The notes beneath the pieces were generated by a model. The model was not told the DNA's origin. It saw only the letters and a list, made by a program, of their open reading frames with translations, and searched no databases. From a virus, in the IMG/VR virus record IMGVR_UViG_3300045988_123324, positions 1 through 64,000 of that record: a stretch of 64,000 nt of DNA, one strand, 5' to 3'. Shown piece by piece: positions 1 through 7,591 of the stretch; the stretch's first letter is position 1, and the number at the start of each line of letters is the position of its first letter. The position numbers and the translations under genes are program-made.

Positions 1-147
1 AAGAACAATCTTCCCACCTGCTTTTTTATACTTCTTCATTACCTCAATAGCTCTATAGTTCACAGACTCTACATAAGGATATGTTTCTGGTGTAGTATAA
101 GCTACAGTCCCATCAAAGTCTAGTGCTACACTCTTATGTTTAAGCAT
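1..147 (-). CDS. HAD-superfamily phosphatase/hydrolase, N-terminal fragment (gene continues past the left edge)
   Basis: ATG at 145-147 opens MLKHKSVALDFDGTVAYTTPE...; DFDGT matches HAD motif I (DxDxT); frame still open at nt 1. Confidence 0.5.
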   Translation of the reverse strand, partial: MLKHKSVALDFDGTVAYTTPETYPYVESVNYRAIEVMKKYKKAGGKIVL

Positions 148-259
148 GATAGATCCACGCCCCAATTTCTTCACAAGCCCTGCTGGATAGCTCACCAACA
201 AACACAAAGAACTGTAAAAAACAAATGATAGGCGCACAGATAACCAGCTTAATATTCAT
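140..259 (-). CDS. small hydrophobic protein (39 aa)
   Basis: Below the ORF-track size cut-off. ATG shares a base with the TGA of the upstream gene (TGATG) and its end overlaps the HAD start. Hydrophobic core LVICAPIICFLQFFVFVG. Confidence 0.3.
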   Translation of the reverse strand: MNIKLVICAPIICFLQFFVFVGELSSRACEEIGAWIYHA

Positions 260-576
260 CAGAGCCACCGATTTCTGCTCCTCTCCATTGTCTCTTCATA
301 CCGTCTCTGCAAGACCTTTTCAAACTCCTTGAGAACTCGTGTCTTTGCTTTGTCAAATCGACGATTAAGGTCACGGATAGCAATACGCTTGCCAACTTCA
401 ACGTCAAACACATCAGTTGGATACAGTCTCGCCTTGCCAGAGAAACATACAGTGCTGTTAATCACCTTGTCTACAATTTCATCTCTTTCCCATCTTCCAA
501 GGAGATCGTTTACATCAACATTATCTAGGGTTCTACCCAAGACATCTGCCCAATAACCACGATTGTCCTTATCCAC
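259..576 (-). CDS. hypothetical protein
   Basis: ORF track (GTG start at 576). The frame stays open upstream (577-636) to the TAA of the previous gene, behind GGAGG at 632-636, so the true start may be a non-canonical codon near 625-627. Confidence 0.55.
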   Translation of the reverse strand: MDKDNRGYWADVLGRTLDNVDVNDLLGRWERDEIVDKVINSTVCFSGKARLYPTDVFDVEVGKRIAIRDLNRRFDKAKTRVLKEFEKVLQRRYEETMERSRNRWL

Positions 577-636
577 ATACCGTGCAATAACAACACCTGC
601 ATTAAGATTGACTGTGAATTTCGTAATCCTTCCTCC

Positions 637-819
637 TTAAATTTGCTCCACATTTTCAACATAGTTGCCGCTGTTAGTATAGCACACATCACGTAGACGG
701 TCAACAAAATTATCAATGTCTCCATCCTCTACTTTTGCTTGTGCTTCCCATTCACTGTCTGCTGTGACCGTGACAGCAGCTCTAACTTCTGTAGTTAGTG
801 TAACCTCGTATTTATTCAT
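637..819 (-). CDS. small hypothetical protein, paralogue of 2393-2578
   Basis: ATG with GGAGGAG RBS. Aligns along its full length with the 61-aa ORF on the other side of iscB (MNxYE[IV]T..T.V.A.V.V.A.S..EA...VE..D...FV). Confidence 0.6.
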   Translation of the reverse strand: MNKYEVTLTTEVRAAVTVTADSEWEAQAKVEDGDIDNFVDRLRDVCYTNSGNYVENVEQI

Positions 820-843
820 TAAATCTCCTCCGCAATCTAAAAA

Positions 844-2106
844 TCAATAAGAAACTAATAATGCCTTGCGGCTTTCTAAGTGCTTTAACTTTTTATAGTT
901 GATATTTGGTTTGATTTTCTCACCATTTAGTTTACGAATGTCAAACGATCCACTAGAACGCCTTGCGAAGATAAAACCTTCCTGTCCTAGACACATAACT
1001 CTATCAAAAAGTTGATAGCCGAACACAAATTTTGGTGTCTGGTTCATCTTCCTCGTGCCACCTTTATTGATCTTGCATTTGTGAATTTGACGGTTATGTT
1101 GTCGTTTCGGAACTATCAACAAAGCCTTTTCTAGTCTTTCTGCATCAAGATTCTTTGCTATCACAAAGGCATCACTTATATGTGTCTTGGTGATATTTTT
1201 CTTCTCGCGCCAGTATTTTGTAATGTAGCCATAAATGCTACAAATATTTATGTCTAGGAACATATTGTGAAGCCTTTCTATCAGTGTCTTTCGCATGATT
1301 CCCATAAAGGTAGCGTCGCGAGTAGACCTTCTCTTACGCTTTGTCGTTGGTAGTGCAACAGTCCCAGCATGATACCCTGTATGACAATCTTCACAAAGAG
1401 TTATCAAGTTGTCAGGAGCGTTACCGCCCGTCTTGCGGGTTTCCAGATGGTGAACATGGAGTTTTACCTTCTTCTTATCTGTGCTATGAGCACCGCAACA
1501 CTGGCAGGAATAGCCATCACGGTGTAGAACATACTGTCTCACATTGTAGTGTCCATACATCTCTCCGAGTTGATAATCTTTACCAACTGGAATAGGCTCT
1601 CCTGCTTCCAAAGCCTTGAGTCTCTGTAAGTCAAATTCTGCTGTTTCTATGCAGATAGTTTTAATAGGCAAAAGTTTTGTTATCAACTTAATACCTTGAA
1701 TATGATTCCAGATTTTTACTTCAACAGATGGTGCAAGCCATCCTTTGTGTTTAGAGTGAATCCTATTAAGAAAACGAGCTTGACGATAGCGTGTAGTCCT
1801 ACTTCTACGAGAACGCCGTAACTCTCGTCTTGATGACATCAAATTTACGACATCATTTCGTGGGCGAAGCTCTGCTGCAAATAACTCCTTCTTTTCTGTC
1901 GAAGCTGATAGACCAACGTGTTTAGATCCTGCATCCACACCGAGCGTTATCTCCTGTGTGTACGTTTTGCTTGTACTGACCAACTGTATTGTGAATGGTG
2001 TTCTTTTGACAACCCTTGCCTTATTTGATTTAAGAAGTAGACGAACCTTTGCATGGTTCTCTGTTGGCATTATTGGCTGTCCTTCTTTGCTTATTACATA
2101 AACCAT
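844..2106 (-). CDS. iscB: IscB RNA-guided nuclease (Cas9 ancestor family)
   Basis: 420 aa with ordered hallmarks: PLMP domain (VYVISKEGQPIMPT...RTPFTIQL), RuvC-I (LGVDAGSKHVG), Arg-rich bridge helix (RRELRRSRRSRTTRYRQARFLNR), RuvC-II (ICIETAEFD), HNH (CQCCG..HVHH..NLITLCEDCH), RuvC-III (THISDAFVIA), and a C-terminal beta-rich domain. AAGGAG lies 9 nt upstream of the ATG. Confidence 0.9.
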   Translation of the reverse strand: MVYVISKEGQPIMPTENHAKVRLLLKSNKARVVKRTPFTIQLVSTSKTYTQEITLGVDAGSKHVGLSASTEKKELFAAELRPRNDVVNLMSSRRELRRSRRSRTTRYRQARFLNRIHSKHKGWLAPSVEVKIWNHIQGIKLITKLLPIKTICIETAEFDLQRLKALEAGEPIPVGKDYQLGEMYGHYNVRQYVLHRDGYSCQCCGAHSTDKKKVKLHVHHLETRKTGGNAPDNLITLCEDCHTGYHAGTVALPTTKRKRRSTRDATFMGIMRKTLIERLHNMFLDINICSIYGYITKYWREKKNITKTHISDAFVIAKNLDAERLEKALLIVPKRQHNRQIHKCKINKGGTRKMNQTPKFVFGYQLFDRVMCLGQEGFIFARRSSGSFDIRKLNGEKIKPNINYKKLKHLESRKALLVSY

Positions 2107-2391
2107 ATTATATAACTCCTTGTTTCAGCACCTATCAAAGCAGGTGTTATCTCCTAGTAATCTAGGGTTAGTTGTCCGTAGCCAATGTTATTCCAAGGTT
2201 TTATATGCTTACAGCACTGTTCCTACCTCTCAGAACTGTTTAACTGCAAGCCGCAGAGTTCGGGATTCGGACTCACGTCCCAAAGTGCCTATATATTCTC
2301 AGATAACGTAGTTCTCATGGAACTTAGGCTAATCAGTAAGGGATTGTAAAATCCCACGACTAAAGTCGTTGGTTACTGATCAAACTTAGCC
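2107..2391 (-). ncRNA. putative omega-RNA scaffold for IscB (guide predicted just upstream, ~2392-2407)
   Basis: 285 nt with no credible minus-strand ORF. Nested helices: 2387-2391/2327-2331 and 2373-2380/2332-2339 enclose hairpins 2356-2369 and 2340-2355. Further hairpins at 2310-2324, 2269-2280 (GTGA loop), 2244-2256, 2153-2166 and 2129-2146. Position immediately 5' of iscB fits known omega-RNAs. Confidence 0.7.
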
Positions 2392-2392
2392 A

Positions 2393-2578
2393 TTAAATAA
2401 TCTCCCTTACGTGTTCTACTTCCAAGTCCCAGTTGCTATAGCTGAAATCATATGCTTTATGAACAAAGTCATACACATCACTGTTTTCAACGCGTTCCAT
2501 AGCCTCTTCGGCTGAGTTTGCTTTTACTTTAACACTAGCTTCTACCTGTGTTCTGAATGTAATTTCATAGGTGTTCAT
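2393..2578 (-). CDS. small hypothetical protein, paralogue of 637-819
   Basis: ATG at 2576-2578 behind GAAGGAGG; the track start at 2581 is TTG. Paralogy with the 60-aa ORF downstream of iscB. Confidence 0.6.
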   Translation of the reverse strand: MNTYEITFRTQVEASVKVKANSAEEAMERVENSDVYDFVHKAYDFSYSNWDLEVEHVREII

Positions 2579-2906
2579 CAAATACCTCCTTCATTTTCTT
2601 AAAAGTCTTTTCGTCCAATACAAAATAATTTGTGCCATCTTCTTCAAATTGGAACACAAGGGCTGAATAAGGTATCTGCAAATCCATTCGCTCTCGTTCA
2701 TTTTTCTCAATCCACTCCTTTTTAATAGAGAATGATTCTTTAGGCTTCATGGATGTTTTACACTCAAACCCAAAATCACCTGCAATAACGTCAAGGGCGT
2801 TAAAGTGTGCAGCTCCACTATTACTGGTACACCTACCATCCAACAACTTAGCAACATACTGTTCTTGTTTACTAGAAAAATATCTAGTAGTTCCTTTCTT
2901 AGCCAT
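2565..2906 (-). CDS. PD-(D/E)XK nuclease, Hjc-like Holliday-junction-resolvase fold (putative)
   Basis: 113 aa. Pattern G..QE..VAKLL...SG....DVIAGDFGFECK matches the D..(E)xK core of Hjc/Hje-type resolvases. AAGGAGGG RBS. Confidence 0.5.
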   Translation of the reverse strand: MAKKGTTRYFSSKQEQYVAKLLDGRCTSNSGAAHFNALDVIAGDFGFECKTSMKPKESFSIKKEWIEKNERERMDLQIPYSALVFQFEEDGTNYFVLDEKTFKKMKEVFDEHL

Positions 2907-3357
2907 GAAACCCTCCTTTTACTACTCTTGACATGAAGTCATACAGCGGCTCATTTTCAATAACAACATCTTCTTTTGGATATCTTGCTTTAACTTTGTT
3001 TGTAGGGACAATATATTGATTCTCAAACAAATTATATAAGTCTAGTCTTGCGGCAAAGTAAAAATCTGTTGGGTAAAGAAACCAGTGCTCATTCGTTTTT
3101 CTAAAATCGCTTGCATTTGGTGGTAGGTAAGGTGTTTTCTCAGTAAAATAAACACAAGGATTTTCCTTAAATTCAGCCGAAAACATATATGATTTTAGTT
3201 GATTAAATCCAATAAGCCCTAGGAGACACTTATACAAAGAATCACTGACACAGATTCTAGGAATGTCTCCTTCTTCATCTTTAACAGCACTTTCTGGGAC
3301 TTTTGGCATAAATGTTTTCTTATTACCGACAAACTCTCTTGAGATATGAAACCACAT
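2899..3357 (-). CDS. hypothetical protein
   Basis: ORF track; ATG overlaps the stop of the upstream small ORF (TAATG). Confidence 0.6.
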   Translation of the reverse strand: MWFHISREFVGNKKTFMPKVPESAVKDEEGDIPRICVSDSLYKCLLGLIGFNQLKSYMFSAEFKENPCVYFTEKTPYLPPNASDFRKTNEHWFLYPTDFYFAARLDLYNLFENQYIVPTNKVKARYPKEDVVIENEPLYDFMSRVVKGGFHG

Positions 3358-3464
3358 TAGTCCTCCAACTCACTAGGGCGCAATAGTAGATATACTCCAT
3401 CTTCTACTACATATACCTCAATATATCCATCTTCTCTAATCGGATTATGTGGCACCCAGCACAT
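3357..3464 (-). CDS. small hypothetical protein (35 aa)
   Basis: Fills the otherwise empty 3358-3495 gap: MCWVPHNPIREDGYIEVYVVEDGVYLLLRPSELED. Stop overlaps the next ATG. Below the track size cut-off. Confidence 0.3.
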   Translation of the reverse strand: MCWVPHNPIREDGYIEVYVVEDGVYLLLRPSELED

Positions 3465-3495
3465 CTTTCCATTATACTTCTTGTATTCTTCCTTC

Positions 3496-3990
3496 TCAGT
3501 CCTTATCCGAAAAACGTACATCGAGTGCCTCCTTCAAAGATCTTTTCAAATCTGCTACTGTACCATTGTTATAAATAGTAAAGTCTGGTTCATAGTCATC
3601 AAGTGCGTGCTCTGATATGTCTGACATTTCCGAAACGTCTCGGATAATCCTAATGGTAGTTACATCCCTAAAGTAATCCTTGATGATTTGAATTTCATTT
3701 GGAAACCTACAATCGGTAACAACAGCAATATTAGGCATATCATGTTCAATAGCCTTGGCTACCTTTAACGCCCAGAATCCTTCTTTATAGGCTCTTACAG
3801 TTTGTCCTATGCCTTGTAGTAGCTTTCTTCCACGTTCATCCTTCCTGCCATCCCAACCCATCTCATAGGCAAAGGTTTTAAGTCGGTCAGCAAAGGCGTA
3901 TCTTTCAGCAGTAGGATAAAGTTCTTTGATACACTTGTAGGATTCATCCTTGCCCGCCCCTGCTTTTCCAATCAACAATACTACTTTCAT
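3496..3990 (-). CDS. deoxynucleoside monophosphate kinase (phage T5-type dNMP kinase family)
   Basis: P-loop LIGKAGAGKDE near the N-terminus and the DCRFPNE motif typical of this family. ATGA overlap with the upstream gene. Confidence 0.7.
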   Translation of the reverse strand: MKVVLLIGKAGAGKDESYKCIKELYPTAERYAFADRLKTFAYEMGWDGRKDERGRKLLQGIGQTVRAYKEGFWALKVAKAIEHDMPNIAVVTDCRFPNEIQIIKDYFRDVTTIRIIRDVSEMSDISEHALDDYEPDFTIYNNGTVADLKRSLKEALDVRFSDKD

Positions 3991-4358
3991 TCTTCAACCA
4001 CCTTAAAATGCTCATAGGCGTTAAAATCATTGGGAATACGTAGCTTGATGAGGTTATAAATATCATCTAGCTTCTTTGATAGTTCTTGAACTTCCATTGG
4101 TACTGCAATCATTCTATGTACTGCTACCTTTAAGATGTTTTGAAAACTACTTGCATAAAGAAGATTCTTGTAGCCTAGTGGCTGTTTTTCATTTACCTCT
4201 CTAAGAATCCACTGTAAGCCATCTGTGGCGATAAAAAGATCTGGTGTAAGAGCAATACTGCCTTTAGGATTATTCTTGCCCTTACGTTTAGGATTCTTTG
4301 CTAGATCCTTGATGTAATCATCTGTTGTACTGCTAACAACTTTCTTCTTCCTACCCAT
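3987..4358 (-). CDS. hypothetical basic protein
   Basis: ORF track trimmed to the ATG at 4356-4358 (MGRKKK...), 1 nt after the upstream stop; the track start is TTG. Confidence 0.55.
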   Translation of the reverse strand: MGRKKKVVSSTTDDYIKDLAKNPKRKGKNNPKGSIALTPDLFIATDGLQWILREVNEKQPLGYKNLLYASSFQNILKVAVHRMIAVPMEVQELSKKLDDIYNLIKLRIPNDFNAYEHFKVVEE

Positions 4359-4359
4359 G

Positions 4360-4578
4360 TTATAGCCCCCATACAATAAATGTTACAATCCATGCAGGAA
4401 GTCCAAAATGCCCAACACCAGGAATAAGTGCAAGCAATAAACACTTCCAATAAGCGACATACTCAATACCAGTCCAACACTCAATATTATATTGCCACAT
4501 GAACCCTAGAATTGCAGAAATGATTGCATAAACCCACAAAGGCGAGATGGCAATAATGAAAGAAACGAATTTACTCAT
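4360..4578 (-). CDS. small integral membrane protein
   Basis: Trimmed to the ATG at 4576-4578 behind TAGGAGGA. Two or three hydrophobic helices (FVSFIIAISPLWVYAIISAILGF, LLLALIPGVGHFGLPAWIVTFIVW). Confidence 0.5.
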   Translation of the reverse strand: MSKFVSFIIAISPLWVYAIISAILGFMWQYNIECWTGIEYVAYWKCLLLALIPGVGHFGLPAWIVTFIVWGL

Positions 4579-4612
4579 AAGTCCTCCTAATATAGAAATT
4601 AACCCTATGAAA

Positions 4613-4651
4613 ACAATAGCATAAATAAAGAGCCTTGTCAATAGGCTCTTT
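4613..4651 (-). terminator. hairpin after recA, with an embedded promoter-like TTGACA-17-TATTGT
   Basis: 8-bp stem 4627-4634/4644-4651, followed on the minus strand by TTTATTTAT. The loop carries TTGACA (4636-4641); TATTGT at 4613-4618. Confidence 0.4.
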
Positions 4652-4656
4652 ACAAT

Positions 4657-5781
4657 TTATTTCGTAATAATAGTATTAACTGCTTCCTCTAGCTCCTTAA
4701 ACACATCTTCATGTTCTTCCATGTATTTAATAACATTGGCTAGTCCCTGCCACTTGAGCGCGTTTCCGTTGCTGTCTATTTTTGCGTCCCCATTTTCATC
4801 TGAGATTGAGAACCATGCACCAGCTTTTTGAATAAGTCCTTGTGCAATAGCAAGATTGATTGTGTCATTCTTTCCATCAATACCCTTGGATGGAGTTATG
4901 CTAAAACGCGACATCTTTCTTGACGGATTTCCTGTTTTATTTTTTAAGCACTCAATCATACTGTAATGCCCGTAGAACACGTCTGGATGTGCATTTAGCT
5001 TGTTATATGATTCATCATAGTAGCTATCCCGCTTTAGAAAAAGTCGAATAAAACAGGTGTGCTTCCACATTCTACCACCAGTGCTAATAATTCTGTTGTA
5101 GTTTGACATATCATCCCGCATTTGATTTATACCAATAAAGGTTATATTATACTTTTTAACGATTGGTGACATTTTAGCACAGAATGTGGTAAGAGCGGCT
5201 GCAATTCCACCCATAGTTTTTTCTTCCATTGTTTTGTCCATAGCTTGTTGAGATACTAACATAGGGATAGAGTCAAGGACAACCATGCCAACCCCGCCAC
5301 TATCCATAAGGTCAAGAAGAATTTGAAATAGCTGTTCTGCTGTTTGATTTTCTGGTGCAATATAGATTAGATTATCAATATCTACACCAAGTTTTGTAAG
5401 CCATTCCTCATCAGAACTAAACTCTGAATCCAGAAGAACACAACGCATAACTCCTCGGTCTTTGAGATATTGTAGCCGCTCTTTCTGTTCCTTGTTTGGT
5501 TTTTCCATAGATTCAATTTCTGCAACTTCTTCGTCATACTCTTTTTGAAATTGCTTTTGTGCTTGTCCAATCATTGAATAGCAAAAGCAACTCTTTCCAG
5601 AAGACTCAGCCCCCAAGACCTCCATAATAGTTCTTGGAAGTCCACCATGAAACAAATAGGTAAATGCAGGAGAAACAAAAGGTATATTGCCAAAGTTTTT
5701 CTTCTTTACTGCTGATGTGCCTACAAGATTAAATTTATATTGCTTATTTATGTTTTTAATTACATCATCTAGTTTACTCAA
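4657..5781 (-). CDS. recA: RecA-family recombinase (RecA/UvsX-like)
   Basis: GGLPRTIMEVLGAESSGKS (Walker A, close to RecA GPESSGKT) and Walker B VVLDSIPMLV. TTG start 7 nt after GGAGGA. Confidence 0.85.
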   Translation of the reverse strand: MSKLDDVIKNINKQYKFNLVGTSAVKKKNFGNIPFVSPAFTYLFHGGLPRTIMEVLGAESSGKSCFCYSMIGQAQKQFQKEYDEEVAEIESMEKPNKEQKERLQYLKDRGVMRCVLLDSEFSSDEEWLTKLGVDIDNLIYIAPENQTAEQLFQILLDLMDSGGVGMVVLDSIPMLVSQQAMDKTMEEKTMGGIAAALTTFCAKMSPIVKKYNITFIGINQMRDDMSNYNRIISTGGRMWKHTCFIRLFLKRDSYYDESYNKLNAHPDVFYGHYSMIECLKNKTGNPSRKMSRFSITPSKGIDGKNDTINLAIAQGLIQKAGAWFSISDENGDAKIDSNGNALKWQGLANVIKYMEEHEDVFKELEEAVNTIITK

Positions 5782-5794
5782 ATATATTCCTCCA

Positions 5795-6550
5795 TCAATA
5801 GTTAGTTCCTATGATCTCTTTTACTTTTCCTCTTTTGGTCTTGTCACAATTAACCTGTCTGCCAACTTCAACATAGTGAATGTTATAATCTTTATACAGT
5901 TCTTCTGCATGAATACTGTTAGAGAACATTACCATAACACCATCATTGGTGAGTTTATCTATGAACTCCTTTAGCTCTTGGTGACTGAACTTATTTTTAA
6001 CATAATTAGTGAAGTTATCCACATATGGTGGGTCAATGTAAACAAAATCACCTTCTTTTGGTGTGATTGATTCATAACTCATACATTCAATGTTTACATC
6101 TTGTAGATATTTAGACATTTCTAATATTGCGTCATAATCAATTACTTTACCATTTTCTATCCACGGAACATTAAACTCACCCTTACTGTTTTCTCTATAA
6201 AGTCCATTGAAACATTTCTTATTCAGATAAATAAATGACGCTGCAATAGTAAGAGAATCATTTGTTGTATTAAACAAATCTCTCACTCTATAGTATTCTT
6301 CTTCTGTATTATTAAATGTCTTTATCAGATCAATAACTTCTTGTGGATGTTCTCTTACTTCTTTATACATAGTAATAAGCCTATGGTTTATGTCAGAGAG
6401 GTGTCTCTGCCCCCCCCCTAGGATTGAAAATGCAAGTGCTCCGCTGCCTAGAAATGGTTCGTAGTAATCATTATACTTCTTTGGCATAAGTTCTTTTAGT
6501 TTTGGAACTAGCCGTGACTTACCACCAACCCAATGTACTAATAGTTTCAT
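5795..6550 (-). CDS. dam: DNA adenine methyltransferase (Dam, D12 class N6-A)
   Basis: WVGGKSRL, EPFLGSGALAF (AdoMet motif), DINHRLI, and DPPY near the C-terminal third. Confidence 0.9.
   Translation of the reverse strand: MKLLVHWVGGKSRLVPKLKELMPKKYNDYYEPFLGSGALAFSILGGGQRHLSDINHRLITMYKEVREHPQEVIDLIKTFNNTEEEYYRVRDLFNTTNDSLTIAASFIYLNKKCFNGLYRENSKGEFNVPWIENGKVIDYDAILEMSKYLQDVNIECMSYESITPKEGDFVYIDPPYVDNFTNYVKNKFSHQELKEFIDKLTNDGVMVMFSNSIHAEELYKDYNIHYVEVGRQVNCDKTKRGKVKEIIGTNY
6410..6418 (-). repeat. G9 homopolymer (C9 on plus strand) inside dam
   Basis: Encodes GGG GGG GGG (Gly45-47), followed by CAG. Confidence 0.95.
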
Positions 6551-6843
6551 ACTTGTTCCATTTCTCCTAAGTCATAGTCACATAAATCTGCAAAAGAAAC
6601 AATAATTTCTGCTATATCATCTGTAACATATACATAGTTTTCCTCGTTGCAATATCCTACTATCTGAGTAAGACCATGATATTTTTCTCCCATAGCTTTA
6701 ATCCTATCAATCTGACAAAAGAAATGGTAGCCAATAGGAAAGTTATTTAAGTCCTCCGTCATAGTTCTTGTATTTTCTTTGACATTCTCTAAAACCTCTA
6801 AGCAGATGGTTTTTAGACGATCTGTACTGTTAAACTTAACCAT
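6547..6843 (-). CDS. hypothetical protein
   Basis: ORF track; ATG; 4-nt overlap with dam. Confidence 0.6.
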   Translation of the reverse strand: MVKFNSTDRLKTICLEVLENVKENTRTMTEDLNNFPIGYHFFCQIDRIKAMGEKYHGLTQIVGYCNEENYVYVTDDIAEIIVSFADLCDYDLGEMEQV

Positions 6844-7126
6844 TATCTACCTCCGCAATAGGTTCTAACTTTGTTGACGTAACCCATGTTTTATCATAAG
6901 GCAAAAGAACCTTACTATTGTGTCTCGCAAGGTCTAGCATCTCTTTTAGTTCTTGTAATTCTCTAATGCAGTCAGCCATCTCAAGAACAACATCATAATA
7001 ATCAACGCCACAAAACTTAAAGTTATTTGCTTCTTCCATGTATGCGTCAATCTCTAATGAAATACTGCTGATTTTATCTTCAACATCTTTGGCTAACTGC
7101 TCAGTATCATGGCACAAGTACCGCAT
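6836..7126 (-). CDS. hypothetical protein, M[KR]Y[LV]CxD family
   Basis: ORF track. N-terminus MRYLCHD and ARHNSKVLL resemble 9792-10106 (MKYLCND, ARSNSRLLI). Confidence 0.6.
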   Translation of the reverse strand: MRYLCHDTEQLAKDVEDKISSISLEIDAYMEEANNFKFCGVDYYDVVLEMADCIRELQELKEMLDLARHNSKVLLPYDKTWVTSTKLEPIAEVDNG

Positions 7127-7385
7127 TTACATCACCCTCATCAATTACCAACATATCTCCGACAGTGCTATAGCTTTTATGAGAAAGACGCAACATAAGG
7201 TCAAACTCTCCGCTATCCACTACATACACAACAGCAGTAGGAAATGCCATATGTGGTTTTATCTTGAACACTTTTTGTATTCCTTCTACTACTGATTCTT
7301 GATATTCCGTTAGGTCTTGATGTAATGCACTTTTGCAACATTCAAGAACTAAATCACGCTTTGACATTGGTATTGCTACTTTCAA
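7107..7385 (-). CDS. hypothetical protein
   Basis: Trimmed to the TTG at 7383-7385, 5 nt after AAGGAGG and overlapping the upstream stop (TTGA). Confidence 0.5.
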   Translation of the reverse strand: MKVAIPMSKRDLVLECCKSALHQDLTEYQESVVEGIQKVFKIKPHMAFPTAVVYVVDSGEFDLMLRLSHKSYSTVGDMLVIDEGDVNAVLVP

Positions 7386-7591
7386 TGTTTCCTCCTTGTC
7401 ATGCGAAAGCAAGATAGAAGTATCCGCATCTCATAGTCCTCAATCACAAGTTGTGTACCGATAAGTTCACAGCCAGCTTTAATATCTTTAATAACAGCTA
7501 GGTCTGCATAGTTAGGCGTATATATTAAGGAATTAAGTATTGCATCACATATATTGATATATCTTTGCTTGTCAGCAATGATGTGCTTCAC
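7382..7591 (-). CDS. hypothetical protein, related to 9521-9808
   Basis: Trimmed to the GTG at 7589-7591, overlapping the upstream stop (GTGA). VKHIIADKQRYINI resembles MIVICEDKRYTIKI. Confidence 0.5.
   Translation of the reverse strand: MKHIIADKQRYINICDAILNSLIYTPNYADLAVIKDIKAGCELIGTQLVIEDYEMRILLSCFRMTRRKH

Larger units (their letters stand above)
820..2391 (-). mobile_element. IscB/omega-RNA unit (IS200/IS605-derived OMEGA element, no TnpA); ends not defined
   Basis: iscB ORF plus 285-nt structured upstream leader, wedged between two paralogous small genes. No Y1 transposase in the window. Confidence 0.55.

Noticed and set aside
525-725. 66-aa minus-strand ORF spanning the junction of two genes
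   Set aside because: It overlaps both the 60-aa paralogue and the 105-aa ORF in another frame and has no RBS.
2120-2311. 63-aa plus-strand ORF inside the iscB upstream region
   Set aside because: It is on the opposite strand to every real gene, has no RBS, and the interval is better explained by the structured omega-RNA on the minus strand.
5382-5570. Internal alternative-frame ORFs on the minus strand (5382-5570 in recA, 17265-17486 in the LamG gene, 48728-48931 in the endonuclease-like gene, 51051-51236 in polA, 52159-52341, 53670-53861 and 53934-54332 in dcm)
   Set aside because: All are fully nested in genes with strong domain evidence. No independent support exists.
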